DNA from: Sulfolobales archaeon
GTDB lineage: Archaea > Thermoproteota > Thermoprotei_A > Sulfolobales > NBVN01
DNA length: 64,000 nt
Assembly (NCBI GenBank): GCA_038841535.1
Contig: JAWBTQ010000006.1
Span: forward strand, 12,300-76,299
Reading direction: 5' to 3'
Positions 42,340 to 52,321 of the stretch are shown piece by piece; within the stretch, counting starts at the first letter, position 1, and every line of letters starts with the position of its first letter. Both the position numbers and the translations under genes were made by a program. A model generated the notes under the pieces. It saw only the letters and a program-made list of their open reading frames with translations, made no database searches and had not been told where the DNA came from.

Positions 42340-43035
42340 TTATAACCTAGGAGAACTGATCTGCTTTAATACTCCCTCAAACAAGCTCATGGATCTATCA
42401 ACGTACTCCAGTAACCTAGCATCGTGAGTTACTATTACTATCGTTGTCCCGAAGTCTTTCTTTATGCTTAAGAAAAGCTCGGCCACCTTAATTGCGTTAG
42501 ACCAGTCCAGGCTTGCCGTAGGTTCGTCTGCCAGCAACACTGATGGAGTAGTGACTAAGGCTCTCCCTATGGCTACTCTTTGCTTTTCTCCCCCAGAAAG
42601 CTTTCCAGTTCTTAGGTTCGCTTTGTCTTTAAGTCCCACGTAGTCTAGTATTTCCATGACCTTCTTCTTTCTAACATCAGCATCAACACCTGCCAATAGA
42701 AGTGGTACTTCCACATTCTCATAAACAGTCATAGTATCAATAACCGCGAAATCTTGAGGTATGTAGCTACAAACATTATTTCTATAAAGAGCTAGGCCAT
42801 ATTCATCTAGCATGTTTAAGTTGTAGCCATCCACAATTACCTCACCCTTATCAGGCCTTACTAACCCAGCAATAATCCTCAGCAAAGTGGTTTTACCCGA
42901 GCCGCTGGGACCGTGAATACCAACAACTTCACCTCTATAAGCCACCATGTTTATACCTTTAAGTATGTTTATACTCATTCCTAAGAAGGCATAAGACTTC
43001 CAGACATCCCTAAGTAGCACTACTACCTCCGCCAT
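42340..43035 (-). CDS. ABC transporter ATP-binding protein (LolD/MacB-like)
   Basis: GPSGSGKTT, LSGGEKQR, ADEPT, VTHD. Confidence 0.93.
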   Translation of the reverse strand: MAEVVVLLRDVWKSYAFLGMSINILKGINMVAYRGEVVGIHGPSGSGKTTLLRIIAGLVRPDKGEVIVDGYNLNMLDEYGLALYRNNVCSYIPQDFAVIDTMTVYENVEVPLLLAGVDADVRKKKVMEILDYVGLKDKANLRTGKLSGGEKQRVAIGRALVTTPSVLLADEPTASLDWSNAIKVAELFLSIKKDFGTTIVIVTHDARLLEYVDRSMSLFEGVLKQISSPRL

Positions 43036-43044
43036 AGGCTTACC

Positions 43045-43470
43045 TCAGACTATTGTAGCGCTACAACTCTCTTTAACTTTTCTCGCGTAGTACGTAAGAA
43101 GAGTTAAGGAGGAGGTTTCCGAAAGTACTAAAGTAAGTAAAACGATAACGGCCCTATTGGACGGAATCGTCGATAATGATAGCGGTAATGCTATGATAAA
43201 GGATATCGCTACCTTAAGCAGGCTTAAGTGTTTTGGCACAGCTCCACTGATTAATATTGAGTAGAAAAACTGGTTATACGTGTACTTACCGTACTCTACT
43301 ATAGTTAAACCAGCAATCGATGCTAGTAGAGGAACCAAATTAATTGCTTCTGAGTTACGCACGGAATATGAAAGAAGCAGTATCGACGCTGAAACTAAGA
43401 TCAGTACTATATGAGAAGATGTTGTTATGAGCGTCCTTCCAGCTACCTTGAATACTTCGTATGCCCTCAT
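43045..43470 (-). CDS. Small 4-TM membrane protein (possible minimal permease)
   Basis: Hydrophobic ORF directly upstream of the ABC ATPase. Confidence 0.55.
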   Translation of the reverse strand: MRAYEVFKVAGRTLITTSSHIVLILVSASILLLSYSVRNSEAINLVPLLASIAGLTIVEYGKYTYNQFFYSILISGAVPKHLSLLKVAISFIIALPLSLSTIPSNRAVIVLLTLVLSETSSLTLLTYYARKVKESCSATIV

Positions 43471-43749
43471 AACTTAGTCACTCTCTCCATCTAGGCCTCG
43501 AGGAAGGCTTCGATTTCGGCCCCGCCGATGTTCTACACTAGGTCGCAGCAAAAATCGCTTCATGCTTATCACGAGGCTTAGCACCCCGAAACAACTATTA
43601 AAAACACTTAGAGTACCTTCTGAGCACCCCCAAAAGCACCGTGAAGTATTAGGAAGATTCTCCGGTAGCAAGCCTTCCATCCCTATCACTAAAGTCCGAT
43701 CTCGACATAATTAATTAATCTTAGCTAGCTTAACAGCATGCTCTCGTTC

Positions 43750-45315
43750 TTAGAACTCTGGGTGTATTTCGAGCACCATTCCCTCTATCACTATAGGGTT
43801 TAATTTATTAGCTAGTTTAAGTGCTTCCGTTAGTCGGCTCTCTGAGTTACTGAAGATCTCCATCATTAATTGACCACTCTTAACTCTATGCCCGCGTTTC
43901 ACATAAAGCTTTACACCAGCACCCTTATCTTTTGGGGCACCAGCTACTATAGCTATTTGAGCTACTGCCTTATTGTGAACTCCGGTTACATACCCGTCAG
44001 CTACAGCTCTTATCTCAGCCTTATACCTTCCAACGGGTATATCTTCTGGCTTAATGTTGGGATTTCCGCCCATAACTTCAACGATTTTTCTAAACGTTTC
44101 ACAAGCTTTACCCGAATCGAGCAATCTCAATGCCGCAGCTCTTCCTTCACCGCTTGGAACAATACCGGCCATTTCAAGTACAAGTCCAGCAAGTGAAGCC
44201 GCTTTTTCGCGCACTGACATAGGTCCACCTCCCATTAGTGTTTCAAGAGCCTCTCTAGCTTCTAATGATGGACCTATAGAATAACCAACTGGCTGGTCGC
44301 CGTAAGTTATCGCACACTTTATGTCTATTCCTAGCTCTCGCGAGACATGTGTAAATAGAGAAGCTATCTTTCTACCCTCCTGTACGGACTCTATCTTAGC
44401 TCCATGACCTACCGGGATGTCTAACACTAAGTTTCTAACACTCATACTCAGCTTCTTAGACAGTATCGACGCAACCATTTGAGATACTGGGTCCAACCTC
44501 AACTTGTACTCTACTCGGATCAGTATGTCATCAGCTGGGGCTAGATTCAGAGAACCACCCCAAATAATGAAGCCCCTAACTTTTTTCGCTAACTCCAAGA
44601 CTTCCTCCGCTGTGAATGTGACTGGAGCAATTGTTTCCATAGTATCAGCTGTTCCAGCTGGAGAAGTTATAGCTCTCGATGAGGTTTTAGGTATGAATAG
44701 TCCTGCTGCTGCTACTATTGGAACAGCTACTATTGATACCTTTGAATTACCTGGTACACCACCTATTGAGTGCATATCGTACGCAATTTCACCAAAATCT
44801 AGTACCTCACCAGTCTCGACCATGGCTTTTGTTAAGCTCACTATTTCAGATACGTCCATACCGATGACGGTCTGCGCCACAACAAAGGCCGCTATTTCTG
44901 CTTCACTCAGCACGCCAGATACGACATCGCGAATGATGCTCCTGATCTCGTCAGGAGTAAGCTTGTTACCGGAGAGCTTCTTTACGATGTGCTCGATAGC
45001 CGGGGTACTTGTAAAGAGATCTACATCGAGTTCGCTAGGTTTCCCCAGCTCTCTGTATATATTGGTAGGTATGCCCATAGATGGTTCGTCATCGTCAGTA
45101 ATTACGGCCCACAGAGACGTTGTCTTGGAGCTCGTTTGAACCCTTAGCCTAGCTCCTCCACTAACTCCAAGCTCACTACCTACTCTCTTACTAATGAAGA
45201 CTAACCGAAGATCACCTACGTCTACCTGAACTTCGCGTGTAGGTATCTTCATAGCTAGTATTCTAACCATAGGAAGGTTAATAAATTCCTTGCTTTCGGT
45301 AACTAACATCCCCAC
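43750..45315 (-). CDS. AMP phosphorylase (thymidine phosphorylase family); start probably ~45270
   Basis: HSIGGVPGN, PKTSSRAITSPAGTAD, LAPADD, N-terminal extension typical of archaeal AMP phosphorylase. Confidence 0.92.
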   Translation of the reverse strand: MGMLVTESKEFINLPMVRILAMKIPTREVQVDVGDLRLVFISKRVGSELGVSGGARLRVQTSSKTTSLWAVITDDDEPSMGIPTNIYRELGKPSELDVDLFTSTPAIEHIVKKLSGNKLTPDEIRSIIRDVVSGVLSEAEIAAFVVAQTVIGMDVSEIVSLTKAMVETGEVLDFGEIAYDMHSIGGVPGNSKVSIVAVPIVAAAGLFIPKTSSRAITSPAGTADTMETIAPVTFTAEEVLELAKKVRGFIIWGGSLNLAPADDILIRVEYKLRLDPVSQMVASILSKKLSMSVRNLVLDIPVGHGAKIESVQEGRKIASLFTHVSRELGIDIKCAITYGDQPVGYSIGPSLEAREALETLMGGGPMSVREKAASLAGLVLEMAGIVPSGEGRAAALRLLDSGKACETFRKIVEVMGGNPNIKPEDIPVGRYKAEIRAVADGYVTGVHNKAVAQIAIVAGAPKDKGAGVKLYVKRGHRVKSGQLMMEIFSNSESRLTEALKLANKLNPIVIEGMVLEIHPEF

Positions 45316-45398
45316 AAATAGACTAGTAATGAACGAAACTAGGTTTTGCGAGTAAAGTACTTATAACTCTCTGGGAAGCTAGTGTACTGGAGTTTGGA

Positions 45399-47762
45399 TT
45401 GAGCAAGAGTAGTGGGAAAAAAGTTAAGGAACATAAAGCTAAAGTAGGGTTGTTGAGAGTAGCAACAAATAGGAAGTTCGTCTTGGTTTTAGGACTCGCA
45501 CTACTCGTCTTTTCAGTTACTTACGGCGTTCACCTTAGAATGCGGATAGTTCAAAACTCTATTGAACACGGCTACGGTCCCACACTCTACGAGCTCGATC
45601 CCTTCCAAGAATACTTCGTTGCTAGTGTTCTACTCGAGCATGGGCTTGACTACGTAACCTATCTGAATCACTACAATAACCTAACACACCTATTCTGGTA
45701 CCCCTGGGGCAGAGATTTCACTCACAGTGTTTACATAGGACTCCCAATCTTTTCTATTGGAACGTACCACTTAGTCAGGTTGTTTAACCCCGGGATGACT
45801 TTATACGAGTGGATGGTCTACCTACCACCACTGTTCTTCGTGATATCTGTCGTGGGTATCTACCTAGCTGTACGCGAGCTCTCATCCGACTTACCTGCCG
45901 GGATTGCGTCATTAAGCTACTCCTTGATGTTTAATAGTAGGCAGCTCGCTGGTTTTACAGTTAAGTACTCGATCGGTTTAGCTTTTCTCTCTATAGCCAT
46001 ATTCTTTCATATAAGGGCTTGGAAGAGAAGAGATTACTTTAGTGCCTCTTTAGCAGGGCTCATGCTAGGTCTAGCCGCTCTTGGGTGGGCCGGCTATAAC
46101 GTAGTGTTCGTAGCTATGGTCGCCCACGTAGTGCTCTTGCCATTCGTGAGGCAACTAAGTATTAAAGACCTTGTTCTTTGGGTGATAGAGTACGCACCAC
46201 TGTTTATCCTGCAAGTAATAGCACCTACATATGGAATTAGGTACGTAGTTAGGTCGGTTGGAGTGCTTGGACCAGCATCCATACTCTTACTCGTACTTGG
46301 CTATCTGATACATAGGGTAGGAGTAAGTAGGTTCTCAACTTACTTAGGGATACTGGCAGAGAGACCGAAGCTCACATACTTTGCGGTTCTCGCAATCGCT
46401 GGATTACTAGGAATCTACGTAATTGTGGGAGGAAAGCTCGCTCTAGCAGGTAAAGCTCTCGCAGCTGTCGGTCTTGGTACTCTTACACACGTACTAGTCG
46501 AAACCGTCGCAGAATATCAACCAGCTGGAGCTCAAGATGTTATTGTAGGTTTAGGTGCTGCGATCGTGTATGCCACTATCTCTACAATATATATGTTCTT
46601 GAGTAGTCTAGTAAAGAAAAGGGACTCTAAGTACGGGTGGTATATACTTCTACTGGCATTAATCCTGATCGTGGCAGCTCTAATTTACGGGAGGCAGGAG
46701 TTACCGCTTTCTCAGTTTGTAGTATCGGCGGCTATAGCTGCCGGACTATTGGGAGCGGCGTTGGGCTCGGGATTGAAAGACGAGTACTTCTTTTTAGTAG
46801 CTCTCTTCGCTTTCTCTATAGTGGGTACAATCAATATCTCGTACTTTAGCTATCTTCTCGCTATAGCCGCCTCCATTCTCGTAGGCTACATAGTATACGT
46901 TTTAATCTCCAGCTCCGTGAGCCGTAGGTCTGGGCTATTAACTAAGCTCATATCCGCTGTAATAGTCTGTGTTTACATAGTCTCGGTAGTTTTTCAGGGC
47001 GCTACTATGTGGGTCAGAGCCTATAATGCTCAACTACCGACCATAGTAGAGGCTTCTCTCGGTCTCAATGTAGAGGCTCCCGTGTGGGTAGATGGCCTCA
47101 AGTGGGTAAAAGAGAACACGCCAGCAGACTCAGTTATAGTTTCGTGGTGGGACTACGGCTACTGGATCAGCGTTATCGGTCGAAGGCCGTCGGTAGCTGA
47201 TGGAGCAACCATTAACGCCACTCATATCGAGATCCTGGCAAACGCATTAACTAGTACAGAAGAAACGGCTTTAGATATATTTGTTAAACAATTTAGGATA
47301 AGGCCAGAGAGGCTCTATGTAGCAGTCTACGAAGTATTCGTTGTTGATGTATCAACTAACTTATTCTACCCGGGTCCACTCGTTTTCGGTAATACGATCC
47401 TCGGAGCTGATGCAGCAAAGGGGATTGCTGCGATATATAAAATAGCAAATAAGACTCCCCCTGTTTACGTATATAGAGACCCTAACGCAGGGATTGCTGT
47501 TGGTCTTCCGGACTGGGTGTCCGAAAATCTGACCTCTACCTTACTTTACAAGGTACTTATTGATGCTGCTTATCAAGTGTGGGGACCTAATGGATATAGA
47601 GCTGCGTTCATATATAGGAACCCGCAGTATCCCCCGGAGATACCTCGACCCGCGATGTCTTTCTTCGAGCCCGCCTATATATCTACATCCCTACTGTTTA
47701 CTCAGGGTTCATACTCGGCTTATGTACTTTTAGCTATATACAAGCCGAGGACTGCCACATGA
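45399..47762 (+). CDS. aglB: Oligosaccharyltransferase AglB (STT3)
   Basis: ELDP, TVAE, SWWDYGYW, ADGAT, DAAK. Confidence 0.95.
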   Translation: MSKSSGKKVKEHKAKVGLLRVATNRKFVLVLGLALLVFSVTYGVHLRMRIVQNSIEHGYGPTLYELDPFQEYFVASVLLEHGLDYVTYLNHYNNLTHLFWYPWGRDFTHSVYIGLPIFSIGTYHLVRLFNPGMTLYEWMVYLPPLFFVISVVGIYLAVRELSSDLPAGIASLSYSLMFNSRQLAGFTVKYSIGLAFLSIAIFFHIRAWKRRDYFSASLAGLMLGLAALGWAGYNVVFVAMVAHVVLLPFVRQLSIKDLVLWVIEYAPLFILQVIAPTYGIRYVVRSVGVLGPASILLLVLGYLIHRVGVSRFSTYLGILAERPKLTYFAVLAIAGLLGIYVIVGGKLALAGKALAAVGLGTLTHVLVETVAEYQPAGAQDVIVGLGAAIVYATISTIYMFLSSLVKKRDSKYGWYILLLALILIVAALIYGRQELPLSQFVVSAAIAAGLLGAALGSGLKDEYFFLVALFAFSIVGTINISYFSYLLAIAASILVGYIVYVLISSSVSRRSGLLTKLISAVIVCVYIVSVVFQGATMWVRAYNAQLPTIVEASLGLNVEAPVWVDGLKWVKENTPADSVIVSWWDYGYWISVIGRRPSVADGATINATHIEILANALTSTEETALDIFVKQFRIRPERLYVAVYEVFVVDVSTNLFYPGPLVFGNTILGADAAKGIAAIYKIANKTPPVYVYRDPNAGIAVGLPDWVSENLTSTLLYKVLIDAAYQVWGPNGYRAAFIYRNPQYPPEIPRPAMSFFEPAYISTSLLFTQGSYSAYVLLAIYKPRTAT

Positions 47763-48982
47763 CGGAGGTTTGTGGACGGTATGTTCTAGTGTCGGCTAAC
47801 GAGGTAATCGAGAACGCCTGCCTAGTCTTCAACGAGAATATAGTTAGAGTGGAGAAGGAGAAGGGAGTTCAGGATAACACCTTAGTAACTCATGGTCTTA
47901 CTAGCACGCACACACACCTAGGTCTCTATCCCCTTAGAACTACTCTCACGGGTTACACGAAGCTGGATGAATGGGTAGCAAGGTACGTGTGGCGTTGGGA
48001 AAAGCTCTTACGCAGAGAACCTGAGTTAAGTTATGCTACAGCAGTTCTGGCTCTCTCTAAAGTGGTTTTAAGTGGAGTAACGGCTGTAGCAGATATGCAT
48101 TTTAACGAGGATAAGGTCGCTGAAGCCTTACTTAAAGTAGGCATTAGAGGAGACCTAAGTGTGGCGATAATGTCTAGAGGGGTTTATGATTCATTCGAAG
48201 TAGCCGTTGGAGAGAACGTCGAACTAGCTAAGAAGTACGGAGGAAGCAGTTTGATAAAGGTTAGACTGGGACCTACCACGCCGAGATTGCTCTCTCCCCT
48301 AGAGTTTAAGGAAGTTGTTGATAGAGCTAAGGAGATGGGTATTGGAATACACACTCATATCGCTGAAGTTCCTGAGGATGCCGAGTATGTTAGAGGGACG
48401 TATGGAATGAGCATGAAAGACTTTATTGAGTTCGTAGACTTAAAAGCTGTTAACACTATTATTGCCCACGGGGTGTGGCTGGACTCGGAGACCGAACTGA
48501 CCCTAGCCCACCCTAATATAACTATAGTGCACTGTCCTACATCGAACACCTTATTGAGAGACGGTGTAGCACCAATTAAAAGGTACAGAGATAAGGGAAT
48601 TCGCGTAGGTCTAGGGATAGATGTTTCCCTCAGCTACAGCATTCTTGATGAAATCGCTGCGGCAACATATCTTCACTTAGGCCGCGGCGACATAGGTCCT
48701 CGCGAAATGTTTGATGCTGCTACAGCATCGGGATACCAAGCTCTAGAGATTGGTAGAGGCACTATCGAGGTCGGGGAAACAGCTGATATAGTTCTCTGGT
48801 CTATCGATGAACTAACTCTTGATCCTATTGTTGGGTTAATTGCGTCCGGTAGGGTAATTGAAGCATACGTTAGAGGTAGGAAAATAGTTGAGGAAGGTAG
48901 TATTTTGGGAGTATCTGGTGAGGAAATAGGAGAGTTCGAAAAAGAAGTGTTAAGGTACTTTAAGAAATGCTTTACGGCATAG
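47759..48982 (+). CDS. Amidohydrolase (MTA/SAH deaminase-like)
   Basis: HTH, HTHIAE, AHGV, HCPTSN, GLGID. Confidence 0.88.
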   Translation: MTEVCGRYVLVSANEVIENACLVFNENIVRVEKEKGVQDNTLVTHGLTSTHTHLGLYPLRTTLTGYTKLDEWVARYVWRWEKLLRREPELSYATAVLALSKVVLSGVTAVADMHFNEDKVAEALLKVGIRGDLSVAIMSRGVYDSFEVAVGENVELAKKYGGSSLIKVRLGPTTPRLLSPLEFKEVVDRAKEMGIGIHTHIAEVPEDAEYVRGTYGMSMKDFIEFVDLKAVNTIIAHGVWLDSETELTLAHPNITIVHCPTSNTLLRDGVAPIKRYRDKGIRVGLGIDVSLSYSILDEIAAATYLHLGRGDIGPREMFDAATASGYQALEIGRGTIEVGETADIVLWSIDELTLDPIVGLIASGRVIEAYVRGRKIVEEGSILGVSGEEIGEFEKEVLRYFKKCFTA

Positions 48983-49215
48983 CGTGTTCGCTTCTATTGC
49001 TAGAACTGGTCTTTCTAACGATTACAGTTACTAGAACACCAACTAAGGAAGTTGAACCCAGAACTGACTTGAGTTTTACTATACTCATTGCTGTAGGCTT
49101 TATGCTAATCGTGCTTGGATATACTGCCTTAAGAAAGAAGCATAAAGAGGGAAGAACTGCGAGTAAAGACTTGAAAACGTTTGCAGAAACTATGTGCCTT
49201 GAGGCAGATAAATGA
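48967..49215 (+). CDS. Small 2-TM hypothetical protein
   Basis: Two hydrophobic segments; co-oriented within the aglB run. Confidence 0.45.
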   Translation: MLYGIACSLLLLELVFLTITVTRTPTKEVEPRTDLSFTILIAVGFMLIVLGYTALRKKHKEGRTASKDLKTFAETMCLEADK

Positions 49216-49243
49216 GAACATTAATTACCTTTGGTAGTGAGCC

Positions 49244-50641
49244 TTGGTCGCACTCGATGTAGTTGCTGGCTCTGTTGCCGAGAGGAACTTGGTCAAGAGT
49301 CTCTCAGAATATCTCACATTAAAGGGTCTGTCGGTTGATGTAGTCCCAATAGAGGTATTGGAATGGGGTGAAATAGAGTGCGCTATAGATGACATCAGCT
49401 GCACTGCTCAGCCACCTGTTGAGAGTGCGGATGTTTCGGGAGTTTTAGGTAGAGACATAGTCTTTTCGTCAACGACTAAAGACCCTGATAATGTGTGGGT
49501 AGCCTATTGGCTGAGCGCGAAGAGAGGTGCCTCTGCTGTAGTATTTTATGACGAATATCCACGCATAAGAAAGAGGAGAATAGTGGTAAACGAGGTTCCC
49601 AGCCATAACTTCAAAACTAAAATGGTGGCAAAAAAGCCAGCTATTCATGTACCTCTAAGCGCCCTACCCAAGCTTAAGAAAAAACGATACGTCACTATCT
49701 TCGTTAAGACCTTCAAAAGACTTTCCCAAGGCTATGTTTTAGACATCGTCACTGGAGATAGGACACCAAGAGTTGCTATTATTACACATCACGACCGCTG
49801 GTTAACGGGTTTTAGAGATAATAGCATCGGGGTCTTAACTATTTTAAAGCTTGCACAGCTACTAGAGAAATTGAAGATTCCTGCCAGATTAATCAGTTTT
49901 ACTGCTGAAGAGTTTGGGGACCCTGCCGAGAGGTCTTTTTACTGGGCCTATGGGTCGAGAGCTTACTCTAAAAACATGGTCGATAGCTCAAGTCTGGACT
50001 TAGCAATAGTAGTTGATACAGCTTACAGAGAGCCTGTGAGCTTGGATTCTGTTGGAGTCCTTGGTCTAGAATCGAGTCTGAGATTAGTTAAGACTTCTAA
50101 GTCGGAGATAGGTATAGTGTACACAGATGCCGTCTCTATGGTGAACCGTGGGATTCCCTCGATTGTACTACATAACCTCTACGCGATTAAGCCTGTATAC
50201 CACTCAGACGCCGACACTTATCCGGGTAGGTCAGTCGAAGCTGTGATCGTTAAGCTAGTTAGAGATATAGCGAATATAGTAAAAGAATACAAAGAGAAGA
50301 ACGTGGATTCTCTATATAGAGCTTACGTTGAGAGAATTAAAGCTGCCTCCGCCCCGGACATGAGGACATACCTAGAAGCCACGTCTAATCCCATAGCCTT
50401 AAGCAGGTGTTTAACTAAATACTACACGACGTTTGCCATTGAGGGAGCTTATAGCGACTTCAACACTGAGTTAAAGCTACTTACATACTCGGACATAATA
50501 AGAGGTGTTGAAGCTGGACGCAAGTATACCATCCTCAGTAGCGATGTAACCGTAAGTTCTGAGGACATAGACCATCTTAAGAAGCTAGCTAAAACCATGC
50601 TCGAAGAGGCCGTTGGATGCTCTAAAACTGGCTATGTGTAG
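49244..50641 (+). CDS. M28-family metallopeptidase with PA-like insert
   Basis: THHDRW, DNSIG, AEEFG, YTD, YHSDAD. Confidence 0.82.
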   Translation: MVALDVVAGSVAERNLVKSLSEYLTLKGLSVDVVPIEVLEWGEIECAIDDISCTAQPPVESADVSGVLGRDIVFSSTTKDPDNVWVAYWLSAKRGASAVVFYDEYPRIRKRRIVVNEVPSHNFKTKMVAKKPAIHVPLSALPKLKKKRYVTIFVKTFKRLSQGYVLDIVTGDRTPRVAIITHHDRWLTGFRDNSIGVLTILKLAQLLEKLKIPARLISFTAEEFGDPAERSFYWAYGSRAYSKNMVDSSSLDLAIVVDTAYREPVSLDSVGVLGLESSLRLVKTSKSEIGIVYTDAVSMVNRGIPSIVLHNLYAIKPVYHSDADTYPGRSVEAVIVKLVRDIANIVKEYKEKNVDSLYRAYVERIKAASAPDMRTYLEATSNPIALSRCLTKYYTTFAIEGAYSDFNTELKLLTYSDIIRGVEAGRKYTILSSDVTVSSEDIDHLKKLAKTMLEEAVGCSKTGYV

Positions 50642-50715
50642 CTAGGGTGTATGGTTGTACAGTGTAGATCATAATAATTACGGCTACTACGACAAACCTC
50701 GTCTGTTTATCTGAA

Positions 50716-51432
50716 CTACACTATCCTGTCAACTTTAATCTTACCGTACCTTGAGATTATGTCGGCTAACTTCTCAGTGTCGTTGATATAAATACGGAAG
50801 AGGACTTCCATGTTTCCTTCACTTTTAACAAAATCGATGAATCTCCTAGACGGGCATACTCTAACTCTATAACCTTGGATAGGGAACCTCAGCGCAAACC
50901 CGGGCACTCCTAGAATTCCAGTAGTATAAACTTCAGCACTTCTTAAAACGTTAACGTACTTCTTGACCAACTTACGGCTAACTGTCTGAATAATAAAAGA
51001 TATAGCAACAGGTACTTCATAGAGTGCTAGAAGTCTTAAAACTTGACCGAAGATGCTGTTACTGGTCGTAGTAAAATAGTGCTGAACGTATGTCGGATAT
51101 ACAATGAAGAACCATATAAGCACTATTACCATAGAGAGCATTGAAACCCCAGAAGCCTTTAGAAGAGGCTTTAGTTCTTTAACTAACTCTAAGTCTTTTG
51201 ACTGAAGCTCTGTTATCTCTTCCTGTTTTACTACCAAAATCTTCTTGCCGGCGACAATTTCTTTGACATTGCTACCCCGTCTCTGCTGTCTTATTGTAGA
51301 CATAAAGAATACTGACATAAAAACTATGAAGTAGAGCGTCATAATTATCCCATGGTACTCGGGCGGAACGAATAGATTTATTATTACGAAGAGCGTTATT
51401 ATCCCTTGGCTAATTAGCAGGGAGCGTATCAT
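50716..51432 (-). CDS. DUF2208-like crenarchaeal membrane protein
   Basis: Four TMs with KDLELVKE linker; ATG at 51432 chosen. Confidence 0.6.
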   Translation of the reverse strand: MIRSLLISQGIITLFVIINLFVPPEYHGIIMTLYFIVFMSVFFMSTIRQQRRGSNVKEIVAGKKILVVKQEEITELQSKDLELVKELKPLLKASGVSMLSMVIVLIWFFIVYPTYVQHYFTTTSNSIFGQVLRLLALYEVPVAISFIIQTVSRKLVKKYVNVLRSAEVYTTGILGVPGFALRFPIQGYRVRVCPSRRFIDFVKSEGNMEVLFRIYINDTEKLADIISRYGKIKVDRIV

Positions 51433-51549
51433 AGCCTTCCTCGTCAGGTAATACGACAGCTTAATACACCTCCTGTAACTAGTTACACGTGGATTTAAAT
51501 CCAATGATGCACAAAGCTTTAAAGACCTCTACAGTAAAGAAGCCATTAG

Positions 51550-51852
51550 GTGATAAAATTTAGAGTCCCTTCAGAGATAGATGTACTAAAGGTAATAGCT
51601 AGATACGGGTCTATTAGAGGCACAATAAATCTCCACAACTTAGTTCACGAGCTACAGACAAGAGGCTTACTAAAGACGGAGTTCAGCTTCATAAAGTACA
51701 GCTTCGGATACTACAGTAAAGATCTCGAAGAAGCTATCTACTCTCTAAAGAAGTTAAACTTAATTAAGGTAAGTAGGAGCGATGATGGAGTTGAAGTATA
51801 CGAGATCACGGATAGAGGATTAAAAATTCTCGAAGTAGTCTTTAAAACGTAA
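51550..51852 (+). CDS. Winged-helix protein
   Basis: FIKYSFGYYSKDL...YEITDRG. Confidence 0.7.
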   Translation: MIKFRVPSEIDVLKVIARYGSIRGTINLHNLVHELQTRGLLKTEFSFIKYSFGYYSKDLEEAIYSLKKLNLIKVSRSDDGVEVYEITDRGLKILEVVFKT

Positions 51853-51911
51853 AGTGAGTATAGACTGTTTTCTTGGTAGAAGATTATGAGATAGTTTAAT
51901 TATCTAGGGTA

Positions 51912-52100
51912 CTTGGAGGCTGGTCTCCAGTCCCTATGACGGCGGGAGGTCAGCGTAGGACTGGATAGATGGCCCCTCCACCGAGGTGGGCGTAGTGGCG
52001 TCTGTTGATGCAGCTCTCGATGACTCTACTACTAATGAATGGAGGTAGGGAAGTCAGCGTCCAGAAAAACCAGAACACTCAAATAATAAACGCTAGCAAC
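51912..52100 (+). mobile_element. Structured GC-rich element, probably a tnpB 3'-end/omega-RNA remnant of a second subfamily
   Basis: Stems TGGAGG/CCTCCA, TCCAGTCC/GGACTGGA, TGGGCGT/GCGTCCA, TGACT/AGTCA; degenerate reading GGWSPVPM...SMTLLLMNGGREVSVQKNQNTQII resembles TnpB tails (from recall). Confidence 0.4.
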
Positions 52101-52321
52101 CACTTCTTCACTGTCTTCACTCTAAGTTAACATAGATTTTACTGCCATCAACCACGTCCCTGCGAACACTTTACCGCATCGAAATCTGCTTCAGCTTAGG
52201 ATAGAGAACACTGCCCTACTCCATCAGAAAGTGGCAATATTTAATAGTTGCAGTCTACGAATTCCATCGAATAGTTATATATTAGCTAAAGATTGGGCGA
52301 ATTGTTTAAGCTATCGAGTTG

